A stretch of 37,560 nucleotides of DNA from Thermoplasmatota archaeon (GTDB lineage: Archaea; Thermoplasmatota; Penumbrarchaeia; Penumbrarchaeales; Penumbrarchaeaceae), in NCBI GenBank assembly GCA_029762535.1, contig JARVGK010000029.1, positions 1-37,560 of the forward strand, read 5' to 3'. The position numbers and the translations under genes were made by a program. Positions 28,687 to 37,560 of this stretch are shown here, one piece after another. How positions within the stretch are numbered: the stretch's first letter is position 1; the number at the start of each line of letters is the position of its first letter. The notes beneath the pieces were generated by a model. It ran no database searches. It was not told the origin of the DNA and saw only the letters and a list, made by a program, of their open reading frames with translations.

Positions 28687-29826
28687 TCATCTCAGGAGCG
28701 AACTAGAGATCACGAGTTTCTGCACCTCGGAGGTTCCCTCGTAGATCTCCGTGATCTTGGCGTCGCGGTATATCCTCTCGATGGCGTGGTCCTTCATGTA
28801 GCCGTAGCCCCCGTGGATCTGAAGCGAACTGTTGGCGCACCATACTGCGGTCTCGCTAGATAGGAGCTTTGCCATGGCCGCGTCCTTGCCGAAGCGTCCC
28901 CCCTTGTCCTTGAGGTATGCCGCTTTGTAGGTCAAGAGCCTCGAGGCCTCGATTCTGGTCGCCATCTCGGCGATCTGCCACTGTATCGCCTGGAGGCTCG
29001 CGATGGGCGCCCCGAACTGCACCCTGGTCTTCGAATATTTCACCGCCTCGTCAAGAGCCGCCTGGGCGATCCCCACGGCCTGGGCCGCGATCCCGACCCT
29101 GCCCCCGTCGATGGCGGCAAGCGCCATCTTGAAGCCGTCTCCCATCTTTCCAAGGACGTTCTCCTTCGGGACCTCCATGTCCGTGAAGATCAGCTCGGAA
29201 GTGTGGGAGCCGTGTATCCCCATCTTCTCGAGGAGATCCCCCACCTTGAAGCCCTTGAAGCTCTTCTCAACGATGAAGGCCGTGATCCCCCTGGCCCCGG
29301 CCCCCGGATCGGTCTTTGCGAAAACGATGATGGTCCCGGCAACGGGACCCCCGGTTATGAAGGTCTTGGTACCGTTGATAACGTAATGGTCCCCTTCCAG
29401 GACCGCGGTGGAGCTCATCGATCCGAGGTCCGATCCCGCCTCGGGCTCGGTCCCCGCGAAGCCGCCGTAAACCTCGCCCCGCGCAAGGGGCGGGACGTAT
29501 CTCGAGATCTGCTCCGGGGTGCCGTAATTCATTATCATCAGCGGGGCGAAGGAGTTATGCACCGTTAACAGCGCTCCGGTAGCGGCGCATCTCCTTGAGA
29601 TCTCCTCCACGATGATGGCGTAGGCCATGGAATCCAATCCCGCCCCGCCGTTCTCCTTCGGGACCATGATCCCCATGTATCCCAGGGCCGCAAGCTTCTC
29701 CATGTTGGCCTTGGGATATTCTCCGCTCCGGTCTATCTCGGCCGCGTGCGGGGCGATCTCCTTATCCGCGAATTCGGATACCGCTGTCCTGACGGCGCTG
29801 TGGCCTTCGTCCATTTCGAGCTTCAT
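28687..29826 (-). CDS. Short/branched-chain acyl-CoA dehydrogenase (paralog of 18322-19461)
   Basis: FAGTEPEAGSD, NGTKTFIT, IDGGRVGIAAQ, HGGYGY, IYEGTSE. Confidence 0.94.
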   Translation of the reverse strand: MKLEMDEGHSAVRTAVSEFADKEIAPHAAEIDRSGEYPKANMEKLAALGYMGIMVPKENGGAGLDSMAYAIIVEEISRRCAATGALLTVHNSFAPLMIMNYGTPEQISRYVPPLARGEVYGGFAGTEPEAGSDLGSMSSTAVLEGDHYVINGTKTFITGGPVAGTIIVFAKTDPGAGARGITAFIVEKSFKGFKVGDLLEKMGIHGSHTSELIFTDMEVPKENVLGKMGDGFKMALAAIDGGRVGIAAQAVGIAQAALDEAVKYSKTRVQFGAPIASLQAIQWQIAEMATRIEASRLLTYKAAYLKDKGGRFGKDAAMAKLLSSETAVWCANSSLQIHGGYGYMKDHAIERIYRDAKITEIYEGTSEVQKLVISSSLLR

Positions 29827-29986
29827 GAGAGGTGCAACCCTGAGCTTTCATTTATCTTTTACGTGAAGTTGAGAGGTGAATACTGTACAAATAGTTATAT
29901 CGAAGCGCCTCTTTTCGGAGGAAAGGACGCCCCATAAGTGAGATGTCGGGCGTTACAACGAATTACATGCAGGGCCGGGTGAAGTC

Positions 29987-31633
29987 ATGGTCGGGCTTGA
30001 GGACGAGATGAGAGAGATGCTGTTGAACGGGATCAGGGAATACGCCGCGAGGAACTTCCCTGTCGAATACCTCCTTAAGATGGACAGGGAGGGCGAGCTT
30101 CCCAAGGAGAAGATCAAGGAGATGTACGACCCTACCAAGTTAGGGATCCACCTGCTCCTCGTACCGCAGGAGTTCGGGGGATTCGGCGCCGGCAACTACG
30201 ACATGTACAAGGTATGCGAGACGCTCGCGGGGATCGATCTCGGATTGGCCACGTCCGTATTCTCGACGTTCTTGGGCCTCGATCCCATAAGGGTCGGAGG
30301 CACCCCCGAGCAGCGGAGCAAATGGTTCGGCAGGGTCGCGGCCGAGGGCCTCCTCTGCGCCTACGGTGCCACGGAGGCGGAAGCCGGAAGCGATCTGGGA
30401 TCCCTCAAGACCATCGCCGTGCCCGTGATAGAGGATGGCAAGACGGTGGGCTACAGGATATCGGGGAACAAGCAGTGGATCTCCAACGCGGGCATGGCGG
30501 ACCTCTACCTCATCCTGGCCAGGGACACCAAGGCGGTAGGATGGTTCATTGTCGAGAGAGGGGCCGAGGGCATGGAGTTCAACAACCCCGAGGACAAGCA
30601 CGGGATCAGGCTCGCCAACACCGTCGCCTTCTCGATGGATAACGTTTACGTCCCCCTCGAGAACCTCGTGGGCATGGAGGAGGGCCAGGGCCTCACACAG
30701 GCCCAGGCGGTCTTCGCGAACACCCGGTTGATGGTGGCTGCGTTCGGCCTGGGGTGCGGATGGGAGGCCCTGGGAAGGGCCATATCATATTCGCAGGGCA
30801 GGATCCAGGCCGGAGGGCCGCTATCCGAGAAGCAGGGATACATGCACAAGCTGATAGTCCCCCATGCCGTAAAACTGGAGGCGGCCAGGGCATACATAGA
30901 GGAGGTCGCATTCCGCCTCGACAAGGGCGGGGAGGCGGACCTCTCGACCGAAGGGGCCATAGCCAAGCTCAGCGCCTCGGAGTCGGGTAACGCGGCGGCG
31001 GAAGCCTCGATCCAGGCCATGGGCGGTTACGGCTACGTCCGCGAGATGGTTGTCGAGAAGGTCAAGAGGGACGTCCGAATAACGATGATATACGAGGGGA
31101 CCTCAGAGATCCTCGAGATGACCATCGCCAGGAACAGATGGCAGGAGCATCTCAAGAGCAGGTCCCAGTTCTACAACGCCATGGCCGCGGATATGGAAGC
31201 TCTCCATGCGAAGGATCCGCGCGTTGGCGCGGACGTCTGCGCTCTGGGACTGAGGGCTCTGAACGCGGTCTTCGAGCACTGCAGGGTCCAGAAGCTTACA
31301 AGGAACCAGCACGTCCTGATGCGCCTGGGAGAACTATCCTGCCTTGGCGAGACATCCGCCGCCTTCTGCCGCGCGGCAGCCTCGGAGAACTATTCCAGGG
31401 CCATCAGGTTCGACAGGCACTCCTGGCAGTCAATGTCGAGGCTGCATTCGAGGAACTCTGCCCAGGCGATCGCCGAGAAGGGTATCGAGATGATAATCGG
31501 TTACGGCAGCGCCTCGGCATCCGCACTTTCATCCGAGATGAACCTGGCGAAGATATTGGATGCGGGATCGGGCACGATGGACGATATGGATATCGCCAGC
31601 GAAGCCTTGAAGAAGGCCTTCAAGAAGACCTGA
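29987..31633 (+). CDS. Acyl-CoA dehydrogenase with C-terminal extension (548 aa)
   Basis: YGATEAEAGSD, GNKQWISN, MGGYGY, IYEGTSE, plus ~150 aa helical tail. Confidence 0.9.
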   Translation: MVGLEDEMREMLLNGIREYAARNFPVEYLLKMDREGELPKEKIKEMYDPTKLGIHLLLVPQEFGGFGAGNYDMYKVCETLAGIDLGLATSVFSTFLGLDPIRVGGTPEQRSKWFGRVAAEGLLCAYGATEAEAGSDLGSLKTIAVPVIEDGKTVGYRISGNKQWISNAGMADLYLILARDTKAVGWFIVERGAEGMEFNNPEDKHGIRLANTVAFSMDNVYVPLENLVGMEEGQGLTQAQAVFANTRLMVAAFGLGCGWEALGRAISYSQGRIQAGGPLSEKQGYMHKLIVPHAVKLEAARAYIEEVAFRLDKGGEADLSTEGAIAKLSASESGNAAAEASIQAMGGYGYVREMVVEKVKRDVRITMIYEGTSEILEMTIARNRWQEHLKSRSQFYNAMAADMEALHAKDPRVGADVCALGLRALNAVFEHCRVQKLTRNQHVLMRLGELSCLGETSAAFCRAAASENYSRAIRFDRHSWQSMSRLHSRNSAQAIAEKGIEMIIGYGSASASALSSEMNLAKILDAGSGTMDDMDIASEALKKAFKKT

Positions 31634-31951
31634 TCATCGATACCTGGTGTATCTGTCCAGCAGCCGGCAGAGCCTGTCGGAGGTATCGCTGGATATTGCA
31701 TCCTTCTCTTTGTTCTCGATTATATAGTCCTTGGCGTCCTGTATGGACATCTTGGAGGATTTTGCGATGAGTGAGGCCTTGAAGGAACCCAGGAGATTGT
31801 CCTCGATGTCGGAGCGGGAGAGGATCTCGTTGAGATCGTACTTGAAATATTCGAACTTACCAAGGTTGAGCATGGGTCGGCGGTCCCTCTCTCCGGGGTT
31901 AATCTTCTTCTTGTTGAACCGGTTTGGGCCCTTTCCGCCGAATCTTGCCAT
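31634..31951 (-). CDS. Small basic hypothetical protein
   Basis: Start MARFGGKGPNRFNKKK at 31951 after GAGGT. Host-like codon use, and its stop abuts the ACAD stop. Confidence 0.7.
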   Translation of the reverse strand: MARFGGKGPNRFNKKKINPGERDRRPMLNLGKFEYFKYDLNEILSRSDIEDNLLGSFKASLIAKSSKMSIQDAKDYIIENKEKDAISSDTSDRLCRLLDRYTRYR

Positions 31952-32076
31952 GTTGTTTACCTCGGGCGTTCCTATCATCCTCTCCCTTAAATAATTATTG
32001 TAGCATGGCTGGTCGCTCGTATCTGCTTCATTTCCCCGTAAGATCATGATGGGAATTCGGCCTTTTCCGCCGTATC

Positions 32077-33429
32077 CTACGGCAGATCCCTCTCCAATTC
32101 CGTTATGGAACGCTCAAGTATGTTCAACATGAGATCGATCTCGTCCTCCGTTATGATGTACGGCGGGGCTAGCATTATGTGGTCCCCGCCGTCGACGATG
32201 GACGACACCCTTCCCGGATAGACGTAGAGACCGTTCCTGAGGCAAATCCTCTGAAGTCTGGATCCCAGTCCCAGTTCCTCCGGGAACGGTTTCTTGCCCC
32301 TTCGATCCTTCACGAACTCGATCCCTGCCAGAAGGCCCACGCACCTGACGTCCCCGACGATCTTGTGCGATCTCAGCTCCTTGAGCCCCTTCAACAGGTA
32401 TTCGCCAAGACGGGCGACCCTCTCAACAAGACGATCCTCCTCGATTATCTTGAGGACCTCCAATCCCACCGCGGCAGAGAGGGGGTTGCCACCGAAGGTA
32501 TGCCCGTGAATGAACGAATGCGTGGGAGATGCCGAGATCACGTCGTATATACTCTCATCGATGATGAGAGCGCCAAGGGGCGAATATCCGCTGGAGATCC
32601 CTTTGGACAGGGCCATCATGTCCGGGAACACCTCGTAATGCTCCATGGCGAAGAACTTACCCGTCCTGCCGAACCCCGTCATGACCTCGTCCGCAATGAA
32701 GAGTATGTCGTACTTGTGGCAGATCCTCTGAATTATTCGATAATAGCCCTTGGGCGGTGCTACGGCCGGGGCCGAAGCTCCTATTATCGGTTCGGCTATG
32801 AAGGCGGAGATGTTCTCGGGATCCTCCGCGACGATGGCGCGCTCCAGGTCGTGGGCGCATTCGAACTCGCACCTTTTCGGGGTCTTCTGGAAGGGGCATC
32901 GCCAGCAGTATGGGGTCGTGATCCTCGGATACGGGGTGAGATATGGAAGGTAGAGCTTTCTTCTGGGATAATGCCCCGTCATGGAGAGCGCGCCGATGGT
33001 AGCGCCGTGGTAGGAGGTGGTCCTCGATATAATCTTGAATTTCTGGGGATTCCCGTTCTCTATGTGATACTGCCGGGCGAGCTTGAGCGAGGCCTCGACC
33101 GCCTCGCTCCCGCCGGAGGCGAAATAGACGCGGTTCAATCTCCTGGGGGTGATCTTCGCCAGCTCGTGGGATAATCGAAGTATCGGCTCGTTGGTGAAGG
33201 TCGAAAGATGCGTGAAGGCGACCTTCTTGGCCTGATCGTTCAGCGCCTTGATCACCCTCTCGTTGTTGTGGCCGAGGCATACGACCGCAGCCCCGGCCGC
33301 GCCGTCGATGATCCTGTTGCCGTTGCTGTCGTAGAGGTATATGCCCTCCGCCCTGTCGATGAGGGTGTACTTCTTCGACAGGTTCCGGTAGAAGATATGG
33401 CCCTGCGGGACCCCGTTTATGCTATCCAT
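32077..33429 (-). CDS. Class III PLP-dependent aminotransferase (GabT/BioA-like)
   Basis: SGGSEAVE, SYHGAT, AEPIIG, ADEVMTGFGRTG, LSKG (PLP lysine), HGHTFGGNP. Confidence 0.93.
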   Translation of the reverse strand: MDSINGVPQGHIFYRNLSKKYTLIDRAEGIYLYDSNGNRIIDGAAGAAVVCLGHNNERVIKALNDQAKKVAFTHLSTFTNEPILRLSHELAKITPRRLNRVYFASGGSEAVEASLKLARQYHIENGNPQKFKIISRTTSYHGATIGALSMTGHYPRRKLYLPYLTPYPRITTPYCWRCPFQKTPKRCEFECAHDLERAIVAEDPENISAFIAEPIIGASAPAVAPPKGYYRIIQRICHKYDILFIADEVMTGFGRTGKFFAMEHYEVFPDMMALSKGISSGYSPLGALIIDESIYDVISASPTHSFIHGHTFGGNPLSAAVGLEVLKIIEEDRLVERVARLGEYLLKGLKELRSHKIVGDVRCVGLLAGIEFVKDRRGKKPFPEELGLGSRLQRICLRNGLYVYPGRVSSIVDGGDHIMLAPPYIITEDEIDLMLNILERSITELERDLP

Positions 33430-33754
33430 TCATAAGACCTCTCTTTGGCGGGGTATAGACGTTCAACGTAACGGCGTCCGAACCACTCCTGTTCGTAGCG
33501 CTGTGGTGGGCCCCTCCAGGTATATGGACCAGGTCGCCGGACCCGAACGTGGAGGTAGAACCTCCGATAGTGAACTTCAGCTCCCCCTCGATGCCGATCG
33601 TGAGCTGCTCCTCGGTATGGGAATGGTCCTCGAAAACGGATCCTGGAGCGTAGCGGTAACGTATGACCTGCAGGGATCCAGCCGTGAAAACGCGCCTGAA
33701 TACCCCCGGTCTGGTCTCGATCTCCTTGATATTTTCCCATCGGATCGGATCCAT
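33422..33754 (-). CDS. Cupin domain protein
   Basis: HSHTEEQ...IEGEL and GDLVHIPGGAHHS. Probable start MDPIRW at 33754; overlaps the aminotransferase start. Confidence 0.85.
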   Translation of the reverse strand: MDPIRWENIKEIETRPGVFRRVFTAGSLQVIRYRYAPGSVFEDHSHTEEQLTIGIEGELKFTIGGSTSTFGSGDLVHIPGGAHHSATNRSGSDAVTLNVYTPPKRGLMNG

Positions 33755-33897
33755 GAATAACACCGCGAAGCGTCTTTTCGGGGTATCGGCCTCTTCATAG
33801 ATAAATGTCCGGGAATACGGGATCGTCGGGATCGAGGGGGATTTTTCAGCGGTCAACGTTATTAATCGGAAGGATATGATATGGTAAGGGTGAGACA

Positions 33898-35052
33898 ATG
33901 GACCTGGATCCGTCGGCCGAGGAGATCGCTTTCAGGGAGCATGTGGGAAGGACGATAAAAGAGAGGATCGCCCCGAGATACCCCGAATGGAGGGATAACA
34001 ACACCACCCCGAGGGAGATGTTCGAGATCTTCGGGGAGGAGGGGTTGCTGGGATTCAGCGAGGCCGACGGGTCCTTCCGCCACACGCCCTGGCTCCAAAA
34101 TATTCACCTCTACAGGGAGCTCGCGGCATATTCCGGAGGTTTGGCGATAGCGACCTTCGTCCAGGGCAATCTGGGGAACGAGGCGTTCTACCTGTTCGGG
34201 ACGGATGAGCAGAAGAGGGAATACCTCTCCCCCGGGATCCGGGGTAGAAGGCTGTTCGCGTTCGCGAACACCGAGCCCTACGCCGGGTCCGACGCATCGA
34301 TGATAAAGGCCCAGGCCGTCGATATGGGCGATCATTATCTCGTGAACGGGAGCAAGGCGTACATAACGAACGCGGACTTCGCGGATGACATCATATTCAC
34401 GGCGGTGACGGATCCCAAGGCCGAGAGGCCGCACAAGGGGATCTCGATGTTCATCGTGCCCGGGGATTCTGTAGGATTGACGAGGACGAGGATGAAGAAG
34501 TACGGATGGAAAGAGTCGCATCTATGTACTTTACAGTTCGACGATGTCAAAGTGCCAAAGGAGAACGTCCTGGGAAAGCTCGGCAGGGGCTTCTACCAGA
34601 CGATGGAGCTGTTCAACAACGGGAGGATAGGGGTGGCATCCCTCGGCTTCGGGGCCGCCCTCGGGGCTTACAAGCATGTATACAAGCATGCAGTGAAGAG
34701 AAAGGCCTTCGGGATGACCCTGATCGAACACGAGTCCAAGAGGAACGAGTTCGCCGACAACATCGCCCGCCTTCAAGCGGGGTGGCTTATGATACAGAAG
34801 GCCGCCTTCGAGGCGGATCGGGGCAGGGACTTCAAGCAATACGCCTCGCTTGCGAAGCTCTTCAACACGGAGGAGGGCATGAGGATCTCGTTGTGGGCGG
34901 TGATAACGATGGGGGCAAGAGGGGTAATAATGCCCAACCCGATCTCGGACTATCCGCATGACTCGCTGGTCTCCCTCATCGGAGAGGGAGCCCCCGAGGT
35001 CCAGAAGAAGGTCATAGCCGGACACCTGGACGATCTATTGGATGCCCTGTGA
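33898..35052 (+). CDS. Divergent acyl-CoA dehydrogenase
   Basis: FANTEPYAGSD, NGSKAYITN, FNNGRIGVA, IGEGAPE. Preceded by TTATTAAT at 33859 and a GGTGA RBS. Confidence 0.9.
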   Translation: MDLDPSAEEIAFREHVGRTIKERIAPRYPEWRDNNTTPREMFEIFGEEGLLGFSEADGSFRHTPWLQNIHLYRELAAYSGGLAIATFVQGNLGNEAFYLFGTDEQKREYLSPGIRGRRLFAFANTEPYAGSDASMIKAQAVDMGDHYLVNGSKAYITNADFADDIIFTAVTDPKAERPHKGISMFIVPGDSVGLTRTRMKKYGWKESHLCTLQFDDVKVPKENVLGKLGRGFYQTMELFNNGRIGVASLGFGAALGAYKHVYKHAVKRKAFGMTLIEHESKRNEFADNIARLQAGWLMIQKAAFEADRGRDFKQYASLAKLFNTEEGMRISLWAVITMGARGVIMPNPISDYPHDSLVSLIGEGAPEVQKKVIAGHLDDLLDAL

Positions 35053-35131
35053 GGGTTGGGAATTCTCTGAACTCTTCTCCCTTCCCGGCGGATCGCTCCA
35101 GGAACCTACTGTTTTTCGAGAAAGGTCCCCT

Positions 35132-35407
35132 CTACCACCCGTCCCCGTCCGAATCGGGATCGATCATGTTCTCTCTGTCATCGTTCTCATCCAGACCCTG
35201 GCCGTCATTCGTCTCGTTCCAACCTATCTCGTCCCCATCATCGATCCCGTCATTGTCGGAATCGCGATCCCGGACATTGTACACGAGGTCCGTTCCCAAT
35301 TCTTCAAGTTCCCTGCCGGTATGATCCCCGTCCGAGTTCTCGTTCCAGCGGATCTCCAAACCGTCGAGGATCCGATTCAAATAGGATGAAATATGATTAT
35401 TATTCAT
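35132..35407 (-). pseudogene. Relic of an acidic Ca-binding repeat (DSDxDG) surface protein
   Basis: RILDGLEIRWNENSDGD...DRDSDNDGIDDGDEIGWN...DPDSDGDGW* stops mid-repeat, has no signal peptide, and has host-like GC fused to an AT-rich 5' end. Confidence 0.6.
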
Positions 35408-35409
35408 TA

Positions 35410-35940
35410 TTATGGTGTTAACAATATTTGTTTGTAATTAATATGTATTTCTTGGTATCCATTTACTAAATCCGAATCGAAATCAATTTGTATTCCAGCA
35501 CCTCTTATGAGTTTGTATTGATAAATCCATGATATATTGATTTTCCCAGTGCATGGAATATAATTACACATGATTGATGTTATATTATCATTTGTATCTA
35601 TAAGAGATAAGTTTGTTAATGGTTCACTCTCAGATATCCTATTTGATACGAATGTGAAATTTTCATTGCCATCAATATATAGCACTTTTCCATATTTGGT
35701 ATCTATCAATGAAATATTATTATTTCCTTTCATATTATAATCATCTATCGTATCCCATTCTTCCGGATATGGGAGAAAAAGAGTGAAATAATCAATGTTT
35801 ATGAGATCCAATCTAACATAATACAATGAGAGATATCCATCTAAATCATCTAAATTCGTAGTTTGTTCATGGTTTTTTATAGATATACAACCTGAGAATA
35901 AGGATATTATAATCAATAATGATAAGATTCTTATTTGCAT
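35410..35940 (-). CDS. AT-rich putative lipoprotein
   Basis: MQIRILSLLIIISLFSG-C lipobox-like signal, 3 nt downstream of the preceding gene. Confidence 0.75.
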   Translation of the reverse strand: MQIRILSLLIIISLFSGCISIKNHEQTTNLDDLDGYLSLYYVRLDLINIDYFTLFLPYPEEWDTIDDYNMKGNNNISLIDTKYGKVLYIDGNENFTFVSNRISESEPLTNLSLIDTNDNITSIMCNYIPCTGKINISWIYQYKLIRGAGIQIDFDSDLVNGYQEIHINYKQILLTP

Positions 35941-35943
35941 TAA

Positions 35944-37560
35944 TTATTCCTCCTCAATTTTATATGTTTCGATAAAATAGCTGTTTTTCCTCCAAAAGTT
36001 CAAATTGTTGCCATATCCTTCATTTTTCATTTCTATCCATAATTCTGGTCGATAGTTCCAATATTTACTTTCTGAACCTTTACCTTGTTTTGCCCATGAA
36101 GAATTATTAGGATCCTCATACATCACATCATCGGGCCAGCAACTATGGAGAAAAGAATATTGATTCATTGATTTGGAATGATATTCTTCATTTAGAATCC
36201 CTAATAGGTTATGACCTAATTCATGCATAATAATATGACACCAATCTTCTGTGGTTTCTAAATATCTTCGTGCAATATAAAAACAACTTGATAAATGATA
36301 TGTGTCGGATGGAGTCCAATAAATTTTACCACTTCCTGTCCAACCATCAATTTCTCCAATATTGACAATACTTGGTAATATATCCATAATAATTAAATAA
36401 CGAAAAATACTTCTTCTTAAGTAATTAAATCCATTATTGCCCTCATAATTTTTATCTTTATCTCCACGCAATCCTTTGCTAAGATATAAATTGTCTATAT
36501 AATTATCACCAAAAACTTCAAGATAAAAATAATCACCAATATCACCTCCTTCTCCTAATGCACCATCATCAATATGTAATGATATATAAACATCATATCT
36601 ACATGCTGCAAAAAATGCTATAGCAAGATTATCTTTTACGTTATTAGGTAAAGAAAAAGATATTTTCACTCCTATTTTTATCGGACTATAAAAAATGTCA
36701 TATTCATTAATGGTTTCCCTAAACCAATCAACTTCAACAAAAATATCTGCCCTATCTGGCTGAGCACCCCATATGCTCATCTTATGAACCGTATAATATG
36801 TTAATCTACCATTTCCCATATCGTATACTTTTTCTTCTATATTGAAAGGCAAGTAATATTCATATATATCTTTAATTCCATCGTTATCACCGTCTCTATC
36901 ATTACCCGGATCATTTTCATCGCAGGGATCGAATCCATATCTCATTTCCCAACCATCTCCTAGCATGTCTCCGTCCGAATCCCACTCATTTGGGTTTAAA
37001 ATTCCATATTGATATTTCTTTCCATAAGGATCCCAAAAATGATTATTGGTGTCTGACCAGAAAATCTCTGAAATTGATGTCATCCCATCATGATCATAAT
37101 CTGAATAATAATCAAGTTCTTCATTACCTCCATGATAAGGTGCGATCTCAAATTGAACACCTCCAACATTGTCTAATGACCTTTTATCCTTATTATAACC
37201 AGTAACATATCCGATACCATCTCGGACGATACCATCATCAAAATTATAATGATTTACGGGATTACCTTTATATGTTTCTTTGATTACAGAATAATTATTA
37301 TCATTTGATTGGTATACAAACGATCCTTCTACAAGATTATACCAAGAACTTAAATAATCATAGTCATAATAATCACTTTTTATCTTATCCATGTCCTCCC
37401 ATACAGCCCACATGCCAGTAATCACATCATAAAAGACTTCCAACGTGTATGTGTCGCATGGACTTATATCTATCATATCATGGCTTTTTAGATAATCGTA
37501 ATCATACATTCTTACAGTAAAAAGCATCTGATAATGATTTCGGGGTAAATCTTGGACAAC
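35944..37560 (-). CDS. C-terminal part of a large extracellular protein with DxDxDG repeats and a HExxH zinc-metalloprotease-like domain (5' end outside window)
   Basis: Frame is open from 37560 (VVQDLPRNHYQM...). DYDHDG, DSDGDMLGDGWE, DGDNDGIKD repeats, DIFVEVDW, MHELGHNLLG...DVMY. Confidence 0.8.
   Translation of the reverse strand, partial: VVQDLPRNHYQMLFTVRMYDYDYLKSHDMIDISPCDTYTLEVFYDVITGMWAVWEDMDKIKSDYYDYDYLSSWYNLVEGSFVYQSNDNNYSVIKETYKGNPVNHYNFDDGIVRDGIGYVTGYNKDKRSLDNVGGVQFEIAPYHGGNEELDYYSDYDHDGMTSISEIFWSDTNNHFWDPYGKKYQYGILNPNEWDSDGDMLGDGWEMRYGFDPCDENDPGNDRDGDNDGIKDIYEYYLPFNIEEKVYDMGNGRLTYYTVHKMSIWGAQPDRADIFVEVDWFRETINEYDIFYSPIKIGVKISFSLPNNVKDNLAIAFFAACRYDVYISLHIDDGALGEGGDIGDYFYLEVFGDNYIDNLYLSKGLRGDKDKNYEGNNGFNYLRRSIFRYLIIMDILPSIVNIGEIDGWTGSGKIYWTPSDTYHLSSCFYIARRYLETTEDWCHIIMHELGHNLLGILNEEYHSKSMNQYSFLHSCWPDDVMYEDPNNSSWAKQGKGSESKYWNYRPELWIEMKNEGYGNNLNFWRKNSYFIETYKIEEE

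Larger units (their letters stand above)
35385..37560. other. Low-GC foreign island
   Basis: Abrupt switch from GC-rich host DNA to strongly AT-rich DNA near 35385-35390 (by eye roughly 60% to roughly 30% GC; not computed). Confidence 0.85.

Noticed and set aside
35132-35134. TAG read-through extending the repeat relic
   Set aside because: The downstream frame (RGPFSKNSRF...) does not continue the repeat pattern. Decay is the simpler explanation.

Overview
Archaeal DNA, most consistent with a Thermoplasmatota lineage (BRE/TATA promoters, GGAGG/GGTGA ribosome-binding sites, AGG/ATA-rich codons, surface proteins with a C-terminal membrane anchor). The main feature is a ~19-kb, tightly coupled minus-strand operon (19461->489): acyl-CoA dehydrogenase, etfB, etfA, hdrC, hdrB, hdrA, an hdrL-type giant HdrA with a GltD/Nfn-like NAD(P)H insert, mvhD, an FdhB/FrhB-like subunit, a tandem-duplicated HdrC with His in place of a Cys ligand, a second double-module hdrA, mvhD, mvhG and mvhA. 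This places an ACAD/ETF module in one transcription unit with a soluble, multi-input flavin-bifurcating Hdr/hydrogenase hub. Next to it are a B12 mutase cassette (cobO, large subunit, B12 subunit, meaB) with isobutyryl-CoA-mutase-type rather than methylmalonyl-CoA-mutase-type residues, three more acyl-CoA dehydrogenases, a ferredoxin, a cupin/class III aminotransferase pair and a large anchored glycoside-hydrolase-like surface protein. At the left edge an IS481-like element interrupts a gene. At the right edge an AT-rich island encodes an acidic-repeat HExxH protein plus a lipoprotein, followed by a degenerate repeat relic. All calls come from reading motifs by eye; no searches were run.
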